Of a stretch of 64,000 bases of DNA, positions 56,962-64,000 are shown one piece after another. Every line of letters begins with the position of its first letter. The first letter of the stretch is position 1. Both the position numbers and the translations under genes were made by a program. The DNA lies in the NCBI GenBank assembly GCA_027451945.1, contig DAIDHT010000033.1, positions 4,245 through 68,244 of the forward strand, in the 5' to 3' direction. The notes below the pieces were generated by a model. It was not told the DNA's origin. It ran no database searches and saw nothing but the letters and a program-made list of their open reading frames with translations. This DNA comes from Spirochaetales bacterium (GTDB lineage: Bacteria; Spirochaetota; Spirochaetia; JABEVK01).

Positions 56962-58443
56962 TCAATGCAACGTATTCTCTTTTGGTCCGGTCTGGGGCTC
57001 TTTTGAAAGGGGTAGAGTTAAGGTAAAAGTCGTTCCTTGAGCCTCTGAACTGGTCACGGCTACCGTGCCACCATGCATTTCGATCAGGGCTTTGACAATC
57101 GAAAGACCCAGCCCATAACCTTTTTCTTTCATGGTGGATTTCGAGCGCCAAAAACGCTCAAAGACCTGCTCGGTTTCTTTGGCAGGAATCACAGAACCCA
57201 CATCGTGAACCGTGAGCGTCACCATTCTGTCGGCGGCCGCTCGTACCAAGATGTCGGTGCGGGGCCGCGCGTACTTGATCGCATTATCGACAAGATTAAA
57301 CACCGCCTGCTGTAGCTTAAACCTATCGGCTTTGATCGTTAACGCAGGGTCGCACTCTAAAACCAAGCTCAGGTGCCGGGAATCCGCTAGTTTTTCTAGC
57401 TGGGCCACCACCTCAGCTAAAACCTCGGCCAGGTTAAACTCTGAAATTTCTAGTTGCAATTCTTGTGCATCGAAGCGGGCCAATTTGAGCAAGTTTTCTA
57501 CAATGGCCGACATCCGTTCGGTTTCTTCGAGGTTCGAGGCAAGAATCTCGCGATATTCGGCCAGAGCCCGCTGTTTTTTTAAGGCGACCTCGAGCTCGCC
57601 CCGCATGACGGCCAAAGGGGTCTTCATCTGGTGCGATAGGTCTTCAAAGACCCGTCTTTGCTGGTCAAAAGCCGCATCGATACGTGCCAAAAGTGTGTTG
57701 AACGCCTTGGCCATTTCTTGAATCTCGGTTTCAGAAAATTGTTCGGGATGAAACGGCTGACGAACATGGACAATGTCCAGGCCACGAACGTTGTCCATAA
57801 AACTTAGCAGCGAATTCAACGCACGACGAATTAAAAGCCACTCAAAAAAAGCGGCGATGAGCAAGAACAACGGCAACAGCAAAATCACAGCGAGCTGAAG
57901 CTGACCCAAGGGTTGCTCGATTTTTTTGGTCTCTAAGGCTGTTTGAAGGATGTAGTGCTGCCAACGCGATTCGACGTACAAAAAGCAACTGCGAAACCGA
58001 ATTTCAAACCCAATGAAGTTAGTGATCGAAGTATTTTCAAACACCAGCTTTTGTTTACGAATTTTTTTGAGGAGCTCTTTTGAAAAATGAAAATCATTGA
58101 GGTCGCGCCGATTGTCGGCGACCAAGCCGCCGTCGGGCCGGTAAATGCGCACGAGCAACCCGTTCATCAAACTGTTGCTGGACCCGGTGGCGATCCAGTC
58201 CCTAGCGACCTGAGCAAAGTTCTCTTCGGCGGCGCGGGTTCGCCGGTAGACATCCCAGTAGATATTGATCGAGTCTTCAAGACCTTCAATCTTTGACGTC
58301 AAAAGCACATCGGCATCGCTATCGAGATTGGTTTGAAAGCGCTGGAGGATGAGGATGGCAAACAGGGTTAAGACAACAAACAAAAACAGCGTCAGTTGAA
58401 AGGTTAAAATGAAGCGAATGCTTTTATTTTGATAAAAACTCAT
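56962..58443 (-). CDS. sensor histidine kinase (two TM, HAMP, HisKA, HATPase_c)
   Basis: H-box LSHQMKTPLAVMRGELEVAL, N-box LVDNAIKYA, and G-boxes DVGSVIP and GYGLGLSIVK. Confidence 0.85.
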   Translation of the reverse strand: MSFYQNKSIRFILTFQLTLFLFVVLTLFAILILQRFQTNLDSDADVLLTSKIEGLEDSINIYWDVYRRTRAAEENFAQVARDWIATGSSNSLMNGLLVRIYRPDGGLVADNRRDLNDFHFSKELLKKIRKQKLVFENTSITNFIGFEIRFRSCFLYVESRWQHYILQTALETKKIEQPLGQLQLAVILLLPLFLLIAAFFEWLLIRRALNSLLSFMDNVRGLDIVHVRQPFHPEQFSETEIQEMAKAFNTLLARIDAAFDQQRRVFEDLSHQMKTPLAVMRGELEVALKKQRALAEYREILASNLEETERMSAIVENLLKLARFDAQELQLEISEFNLAEVLAEVVAQLEKLADSRHLSLVLECDPALTIKADRFKLQQAVFNLVDNAIKYARPRTDILVRAAADRMVTLTVHDVGSVIPAKETEQVFERFWRSKSTMKEKGYGLGLSIVKALIEMHGGTVAVTSSEAQGTTFTLTLPLSKEPQTGPKENTLH

Positions 58444-59120
58444 TCTTCTTTAAGCATATAACCAGAGCCGCGCACCGTATGGATGAGCTGGGGGGTGTAC
58501 CCATAGTCCACTTTTTTACGAAGGCGATTAATGTGAACATCAATCACATTGGTGGTTGTATCAAAATGGATATCCCAGACCCGTTCGCTAATTTCGAGCC
58601 GGGACAAGACTTCTCCCTGGTGCTCCATAAGAAACTGAAGCAGAGCCATCTCTTTTAACGAAAGTTCAATTAGCCGCCCCCCCCGTTCCACTCGCCTCGA
58701 GCGCGTATCCAAGACCAAATCGGCGATATGAAGAACCGTTTGGGATCTTTGGCGGGACTTTCGGAGGTGGGAACGCACACGCGCCAAAAATTCTTCAAAT
58801 TCAAAGGGTTTAGTGACGTAGTCGTCCGCGCCAATGTCCAGACCACGAACCTTGTCCTCCACGCCATCGCGAGCCGTCAGCATCACTACAGGCAAGAACA
58901 ACCCCTTGTCGCGTACGGTGCGGCAAACCTCAAGACCATCCATCTCGGGTAGGGTCAGATCCAGCACCATCAAGTCAAACGGCTCGGCAAGAGCACGCCG
59001 AAGTCCTTGCGCCCCATCCGAGGCAACCTCAACCGTATATCCTTCTTCTCTGAGACCCTTTTGAATAAAATTGGCAATCTTTGCCTCGTCTTCGACAACG
59101 AGGATCCGTCCTTCTGACAT
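58440..59120 (-). CDS. OmpR-family response regulator
   Basis: Receiver domain (ILVVEDE...DLMVLDLTLPEMDG) plus a winged-helix trans_reg_C (VHINRLRKKVD...IHTVRGSGYML). ATGA overlap with the kinase gene. Confidence 0.9.
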   Translation of the reverse strand: MSEGRILVVEDEAKIANFIQKGLREEGYTVEVASDGAQGLRRALAEPFDLMVLDLTLPEMDGLEVCRTVRDKGLFLPVVMLTARDGVEDKVRGLDIGADDYVTKPFEFEEFLARVRSHLRKSRQRSQTVLHIADLVLDTRSRRVERGGRLIELSLKEMALLQFLMEHQGEVLSRLEISERVWDIHFDTTTNVIDVHINRLRKKVDYGYTPQLIHTVRGSGYMLKEE

Positions 59121-59183
59121 TGTCGCACCTCGTGAACGTCGGGAATTGTATCACAGTCCCAAAAAGGACTACAATCACTGACT

Positions 59184-59687
59184 ATGCAGGACTGGCCCAA
59201 CCTCAATGACCTCGATAACAAGCTGAATGACGAAGAAATTCAAGAACTGCGGGAAAGACTTCGTAAAAAGCCTGACGCGCTGACCTATTTTAACCTCGGC
59301 TTGCTAGAAAAACGCGCTGGTCACCTTTTGTTAGCTCTCGAGGCCTTCGAAAGCGGCCTGAAGTTGGCTCCTGAAAACGCTGAGCTCTGGAACGAAATCG
59401 GACTCATTTACGATGAGCAGGGCCGTCTTTCGGCGGCCGAACAGTTTTATCAAAAGGCGATTGAGCTTGCCCCTGAGTTTTCACGTGCCTGGAATAACTG
59501 GGGGGTGACAGCGTTTATTCGCCAAGATTACCCTTTGGCGAAAGAGCGGTTTGAACGCGCGGTTGCCTTAGACCCCACTAGTGAGAACGGCTGGCTCAAC
59601 CTCCGTGATGTTTGCCAAGTACTTGACGATTCTGCCGGAGAGGCTCGGGCCACACTCCGGCTTGAACAGCTAGAACTGCAAGCCTAG
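59184..59687 (+). CDS. TPR repeat protein
   Basis: At least three TPR units (ALTYFNLGLLEKRAGHLLLALEAFESGLKLAPENAELWNEIGLIYDEQGRLSAAEQFYQKAIELAP...). Confidence 0.7.
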   Translation: MQDWPNLNDLDNKLNDEEIQELRERLRKKPDALTYFNLGLLEKRAGHLLLALEAFESGLKLAPENAELWNEIGLIYDEQGRLSAAEQFYQKAIELAPEFSRAWNNWGVTAFIRQDYPLAKERFERAVALDPTSENGWLNLRDVCQVLDDSAGEARATLRLEQLELQA

Positions 59688-60884
59688 GCTCAACGTGTAG
59701 GCGAAACTTTGGCTTTCAAAGGGGGTTCCGATGCCGTTTTGGCCGATATTTCCCCAGTAAGCTTGCCACCGTTCGACATAAGCGGCCACCGTCCCGAGGT
59801 CCCAGAACTTACAGAAGACCCCTAGGCCCTCTGAGTTGACATACCCATCAGTGTAGCCCGACAGCCCGTTCCAATACCCATAATCGTAGAAGGTGATAAA
59901 CCCGGGGATCACTTGACCTTCAAAAAGGCTCTTGGTGGGTAGGCCAAAATAATCCTGAGCAAACCAGGGCAGGTCAAAACCGGGCAGGTTAAACCGTAAT
60001 TCGACGTTGCCAATAAACTTATCGGTACCATCGAAGGTCCCCGGGTTAGGCCCGCGAACTTGCCCACCAACCCCCTGCACCCAGCCTGTAAAGCCTCCCA
60101 GAGCGCGACCGCCGATAAGTTGAAGTTCCTCTGAAGGAATCTGGTGCCCCCACAAATGGTCCCAAGCCAGCGCTAACCCACCCTCCACGCTGAACTGATT
60201 GTTTTTACGGAGAGGATCGCTGTCATAGAGCGGAAAAAACCCTTTTAACGTTCCTGTAAACCGGTTGTAATCCACATCTACCGACTGAATCCCGCGAGGA
60301 GCTGTTGCCCAAGCGGCTTCGGCCATAAAGCCTTGCCGCAAATTGTGGGTGTTGGTTTTTGTGAGCATATTGAGGTCTACACCCCCCAAAAATGCCGTTT
60401 GCACGTAACCGTTTTTATCCGGCTGGGACGAGTTGGCTAAGTAGGAACCCGAGGCGAGCGTGCCCCAGACGGTTCCCCGATACAAACCATAAAGCTCGAT
60501 GAGATCAGGCGTAGCCCAGGGCTGGCCGCCGTAGCCTTTGTCGGCAAAGTGTGCCACTAGACCCTGAGTCGCGCCAGCAAACCATTGCCCCAAAAGCTGA
60601 GTGACGGACGCATCCGTGGAATTGGGTGACAAAACGGCCTGCCCCGTCACGGGGTCATGAAAATACGACCAGAATTGTAAAATCCCGGCTCCCCCCACCC
60701 AAAAGGTGGTTTGTCGCCCGGGAATTAAGCTAACTGGACGCCAGCCGACATCGAGTTCGCCTCCCCAGGTATGCACACTGGGAATAACTTCCCACTTGCT
60801 AGCACCCCACAAGGGGGCACCCAAGACGCCTGCGAAAAAGGCCGCCAGTAAAAGAATTTTCTTCATGCGATTCCTGACATTCAT
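59670..60884 (-). CDS. outer-membrane beta-barrel protein (hypothetical), last gene of the exbB-exbD-tonB-like operon
   Basis: Signal peptide, Gly/Tyr/Trp-rich alternating pattern, and a C-terminal ...LSLGLQF ending in Phe. Confidence 0.55.
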   Translation of the reverse strand: MNVRNRMKKILLLAAFFAGVLGAPLWGASKWEVIPSVHTWGGELDVGWRPVSLIPGRQTTFWVGGAGILQFWSYFHDPVTGQAVLSPNSTDASVTQLLGQWFAGATQGLVAHFADKGYGGQPWATPDLIELYGLYRGTVWGTLASGSYLANSSQPDKNGYVQTAFLGGVDLNMLTKTNTHNLRQGFMAEAAWATAPRGIQSVDVDYNRFTGTLKGFFPLYDSDPLRKNNQFSVEGGLALAWDHLWGHQIPSEELQLIGGRALGGFTGWVQGVGGQVRGPNPGTFDGTDKFIGNVELRFNLPGFDLPWFAQDYFGLPTKSLFEGQVIPGFITFYDYGYWNGLSGYTDGYVNSEGLGVFCKFWDLGTVAAYVERWQAYWGNIGQNGIGTPFESQSFAYTLSLGLQF

Positions 60885-60905
60885 GCGACGGAATATATCA
60901 CGAGT

Positions 60906-61823
60906 TTACTTCTCGTCAAAGTCATAGGTGAACAACCCCTGGGCATCTTTACCCGTCCCATTGGCAAACGCCGACATCCGAAAGCCGTAGAGCACCGCCG
61001 CATCGACCTCCGAGTTTCCGCTGGAACGATCGAGAGTTACCCTGAGCAAAACCGGTGGTTGACCGTTGTGAGGCGCCGACAGGGTAAAGCTGAGGGTAAC
61101 AGGGGTAAGGGTATTCCCTCGTTTGTACTCGGCATCCGTCAAGTTGTAGCCAGCATCCTGGAGGGTCAGCCACAATCGCGGCCTAGCGTCAAAAGGAGGT
61201 TGAGCGGTCAAGCGCCAAAATCCCCCCTCTCGTCGATAAAAGGCCAAAAGCTCGTCTTTGCGTTGTTGAGCTGTTTCAAACCCATCTTGGCTACCCGGTA
61301 TCTTGGCAATTAACGAAGGCGAAAGCCTTGTGGGAAGCGGCATATACAGATAAATCGGCACGTACAGACTGCGGCCGACATGACCAGCCCCCCCCTGAAA
61401 GACGGTTTCCATCGAGTTGCCGGTTTCACTGCCTTTGACGACGCGCACCTGTTGCTGTGGTTGGGACGGGGTTTGAACCTTCTTGGGTTCAGAAGGTGTC
61501 TGAGTTTTGCTTGATGTTACTTTTGAAGTCTGCACCTTGGGCAGGGGCGGTTGTGAAACAGTCTCGGACACTGACGAAACAGCTTGTTCCGGAACAAAGG
61601 CTGGGTCAGGAATCGGATTGACCTTCAAAGGGACGTTTTCACCGTCGGGTGAACCCAACTTGACGGCTATAGCGTCGCCTTGAGTATCACTAAGGCGAAT
61701 AAGGTGGTTGAGTCCTGCAAACCACAACACCAACACCGTGACAAGAACCGCGCCTAAGGAAATTCCCCAGCTGATTTGCGCCCTTTTGTGGTATTGAGCT
61801 TCGCGCCACGTATCCCAAGACAT
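60906..61823 (-). CDS. TonB-like energy transducer (N-terminal anchor, Pro/Lys/Gln-rich linker, C-terminal domain)
   Basis: A single N-terminal TM (ISWGISLGAVLVTVLVLWFAG), a PLPKVQTSKVTSSKTQTPSEPKKVQTPSQPQQ linker and a position directly after exbD. The C-terminal domain is divergent. Confidence 0.5.
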   Translation of the reverse strand: MSWDTWREAQYHKRAQISWGISLGAVLVTVLVLWFAGLNHLIRLSDTQGDAIAVKLGSPDGENVPLKVNPIPDPAFVPEQAVSSVSETVSQPPLPKVQTSKVTSSKTQTPSEPKKVQTPSQPQQQVRVVKGSETGNSMETVFQGGAGHVGRSLYVPIYLYMPLPTRLSPSLIAKIPGSQDGFETAQQRKDELLAFYRREGGFWRLTAQPPFDARPRLWLTLQDAGYNLTDAEYKRGNTLTPVTLSFTLSAPHNGQPPVLLRVTLDRSSGNSEVDAAVLYGFRMSAFANGTGKDAQGLFTYDFDEK

Positions 61824-62239
61824 CAGGAGGGTCTCCTGGCCAGCCTTGTCATCAGGTTGACTCCGTCTATACCTGCTTGTCGCAAATGATCAAGAACGGA
61901 AACCACCAGCTGATACGGAGCATCATAACCGCCTTCAACAACAACGCGAAGGTGGGCTCGATCTTTTCCCGCCAGCTCTTGTTTCAAAAGCCCATCCAGA
62001 CCCGCCAACGCTACTTTTTGCCCATCCACCCAAATTTCCGATTCAGAAACCACCGTCAACCTCACGGTCGTCATGCTCACCGCTTTAGCCGTTGACGACA
62101 CTGGCAACTGAACCGCCAGACCCGGGCCAACCCGAAACACCGTGGCCAAAAGAAAAAAGACCAGAAGCATCAGGATCACATCAATGAGCGGCGTCAGGTT
62201 AAGCGGCGGCAACGTTGGTAAACTGCGACGAAATTTCAT
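61823..62239 (-). CDS. exbD: biopolymer transport protein ExbD/TolR
   Basis: NLTPLIDVILMLLVFFL is the ExbD/TolR TM signature. 138 aa. Confidence 0.85.
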   Translation of the reverse strand: MKFRRSLPTLPPLNLTPLIDVILMLLVFFLLATVFRVGPGLAVQLPVSSTAKAVSMTTVRLTVVSESEIWVDGQKVALAGLDGLLKQELAGKDRAHLRVVVEGGYDAPYQLVVSVLDHLRQAGIDGVNLMTRLARRPS

Positions 62240-62850
62240 GACAACCCCTTGCCGGTAAACAAGATGGAAAGCTCTCCGGTGCGGCTTTCCAAACGCTGAA
62301 TTTCACGATTGGCACGCAAAGCAAGAAAGTAGTAAAGCACCATAGCGGGAACGGCAACAACAATTCCAGCCGCCGTGGTTAAAAGTGCCTCACTGATCCC
62401 CTTGGCCAAAACCGAAGGGTCGGTGACGTTGCCAAATTTTCCTAAAATGCCAAAGGCGTTGATGATGCCCGACACGGTACCCAAAAGTCCTAACAAGGGC
62501 GAGATCTGAGCTATGGTGCTCACCCAACCAATTGCGCGTTCTAACCGGGGGACTTCGCGGGCGGCGGTTTCTTCAATCATGCGGGTTTGAACCTCTTGCG
62601 GCCGGTCACGGTATTCCAGACCTGTGCGAACCAAAGCCGCCAAGGGAGCCTCGACGGTGTCGCAAATTGCCAAAGCTTCGTCGTAATGCCGTTTTTCAAT
62701 CGCCGCACGAACCCGTGCAAAAAGTTTATCTTCATCACCGTGAATCTTTTTAAAAAACCAAAGGCGCTCAATGGTGATCGCAAGAACGGGAACAAACAAC
62801 AGAAGGATCAGCCACAGAACGGGCCCTCCCTTTACCAAGACATCAAACAT
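62236..62850 (-). CDS. exbB: MotA/TolQ/ExbB proton-channel protein
   Basis: GLLGTVSGIINAF...SEALLTTAAGIVVAVPAMVLYYFL is the conserved ExbB/TolQ C-terminal TM region. Confidence 0.85.
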   Translation of the reverse strand: MFDVLVKGGPVLWLILLLFVPVLAITIERLWFFKKIHGDEDKLFARVRAAIEKRHYDEALAICDTVEAPLAALVRTGLEYRDRPQEVQTRMIEETAAREVPRLERAIGWVSTIAQISPLLGLLGTVSGIINAFGILGKFGNVTDPSVLAKGISEALLTTAAGIVVAVPAMVLYYFLALRANREIQRLESRTGELSILFTGKGLS

Positions 62851-62979
62851 GACTCCTCCTGACAGCGCGTTTTTTTATAGGTTTCGTTCTTTATTTTCGG
62901 CATTTTTTGCCTAAAAACAAAGATTCAGAGTAAAAAACACAGACCAAAGTTCAGGATACAAGCTTTTAGTCCCATGCTT

Positions 62980-63750
62980 TTAATCCCACGCGACGGCAAG
63001 AAGAGTAATATTGTCAGTGGACTTGGGTAGGGCTTGGTTGAGTAGTCCTTCAGCAAGCCTTGATGGGCTTCTAACATTTTGCCACAACAGGGTTTCGAAG
63101 GTAGCGGGGTCGAGGCCGTCCTCTAACCCGTCGGTAACTAAAAGCCAAACATCGCCTTGAGCTACCTCGAGCGGAAAAACGTCAAACCGCTGATCGTCCA
63201 TTCCCCCGCCCAAGCAGGATTCTAGAAGATTCTTGCCCTGCCCGTCAGAACGGCCAAAGGCAAAGTTGTGGTCTTGAGTGAGCAATTGCAAGGAATTTTG
63301 TGTGGGCTTGGCTCGCCACAAGCGAGAATCGCCGACGTGAAAGACCCAAGCGGATTGGTTTTCTGCAGGTACCCAAACACCGGTCAGCGTACAGCCCATG
63401 GGCCGGATCTGACCTTGTGCCAGATCGTTAAGCTTCGCGCTAAGCTCCCTCAGAGCTTCAGAAATAAACATTTTGGGATCCTGACCTTCGCTGTAAAGGG
63501 CTGGCCATCGTTTTTGCACGTCCCAGGTCAAAAGTTGCACCGTGAGCGCACTGGCCTCTTCGCCCGCCTCATGACCGCCCATGCCATCCGAAACGGCCCA
63601 AAGAGCTGGCATCAGAGAAACGAACGAAAACTCGCCTTCACGTCGCGCTGAATCCTGGCGCCCCACGAGAATCCCGGGGGCGCAAAAGGCATCCTGGTTG
63701 AGCTCACGAACCGTACCACGGTCGGTGACCCCATACCAGTGATTAGTCAT
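62980..63750 (-). CDS. PP2C-family serine/threonine protein phosphatase
   Basis: AVSDGMGGHEAGEEAS, LLVTDGL and CTLTGVWV motifs. The start was set at the internal ATG (MTNHWYG) so the gene does not overlap the slyD stop. Confidence 0.75.
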   Translation of the reverse strand: MTNHWYGVTDRGTVRELNQDAFCAPGILVGRQDSARREGEFSFVSLMPALWAVSDGMGGHEAGEEASALTVQLLTWDVQKRWPALYSEGQDPKMFISEALRELSAKLNDLAQGQIRPMGCTLTGVWVPAENQSAWVFHVGDSRLWRAKPTQNSLQLLTQDHNFAFGRSDGQGKNLLESCLGGGMDDQRFDVFPLEVAQGDVWLLVTDGLEDGLDPATFETLLWQNVRSPSRLAEGLLNQALPKSTDNITLLAVAWD

Positions 63751-64000
63751 GGTGGTGGTGATGCCCAGAGCCGTCATGAACATGCCCGTGATCAAGTTCT
63801 TCTTCACTGGCATCGCGAATCGAGACGACCTCAACTTCGAAGGTCAGATCCTGACCAGCTAGGGGATGATTGCCGTCAACAGTAACAGTTTCATTGTCAA
63901 TCTTTACAATACGGACATGATAGATCTCGCCTTCATCATCGCTATATTGAAATTCTTTTCCGACAGCCAATTCGTTTTGATCTTCAAAATCAGCCTTAGC
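63743..64000 (-). CDS. slyD: FKBP-type peptidyl-prolyl cis-trans isomerase SlyD, C-terminal part. The N-terminus lies beyond the window end.
   Basis: VDGNHPLAGQDLTFEVEVVSIRDASEEELDHGHVH plus a His-rich tail (GSGHHHHHD) matches the SlyD IF domain, FKBP end and metal-binding tail. Confidence 0.8.
   Translation of the reverse strand, partial: AKADFEDQNELAVGKEFQYSDDEGEIYHVRIVKIDNETVTVDGNHPLAGQDLTFEVEVVSIRDASEEELDHGHVHDGSGHHHHHD

Overview
This 64 kb window is dense chromosomal DNA from a diderm bacterium with about 55% GC. Lipoprotein signal peptides, a LolA-like protein with FtsX-type permeases, TonB/ExbBD, outer-membrane beta-barrel proteins ending in Phe, and many class III cyclase, GAF and PP2C signalling genes suggest a Spirochaete/Leptospiraceae-like organism; this placement is a weak inference. 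I call about 60 CDS and one tRNA-Val(CAC) that sits 6 bp after an adenylate cyclase gene. The main blocks, in order:
- 1-3456 (-): an aconitase-family LeuC/LeuD-like dehydratase pair upstream of a BadF/BcrA-type double-ATPase 'activase'. The activase runs off the left edge and is absent from the ORF track for that reason.
- 3993-6348 (+): a CHAD protein coupled to a degenerate Nudix protein.
- 6390-11771: a secreted beta-rich protein, a GT4 glycosyltransferase, a tRNA-dihydrouridine synthase (dus) and a membrane adenylate cyclase.
- 11778-14649: tRNA-Val, then 1.6 kb of low coding density holding two identical-arm 26-bp palindromes (CAACCTGT-N10-ACAGGTTG) between a small PRXL2-like thioredoxin-fold gene and a fused msrA-msrB lipoprotein gene.
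- 14697-16317: a dCTP deaminase (dcd), an unknown 162-aa protein and a rhomboid protease.
- 16421-28403: a split MksBEF/Wadjet-like locus. A JetA-like and a JetB-like gene are separated from a JetC-like SMC ATPase by 6.6 kb. That 6.6 kb holds a wHTH regulator, a LolA-like protein, an OMP, a MacB/LolD-type ABC ATPase and two FtsX permeases; jetC lies directly after the last permease on the same strand. No JetD/MksG is visible.
- 28420-45934: a CDF transporter, a GH94 phosphorylase, two methyltransferases, a YdcF protein, a short YD-repeat protein, a small 59-aa gene with its own strong SD and terminator, a lipoprotein with two retropepsin-like DTG motifs plus a PDZ domain, an aminotransferase, an MsmK-type ABC ATPase and a U32 peptidase.
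- 45974-51675: an ECF sigma factor, a small membrane protein, a long inverted repeat that sequesters the Shine-Dalgarno of an ACR3-like transporter whose catalytic Cys is replaced by Ser, an AraC-type regulator and a GAF protein.
- 51700-59120 (-): a same-strand run of response regulator, histidine kinase, leuS, a GAF-adenylate cyclase and a Crp/Fnr regulator whose HTH has FNR-type E--SR specificity residues, then a hemerythrin gene preceded by a TTGAC-N4-ATCAA box.
- 59184-64000: a TPR protein, an exbB-exbD-TonB-like-OMP operon, a PP2C phosphatase and a partial slyD at the right edge.
No CRISPR array, rRNA or obvious mobile element was seen.
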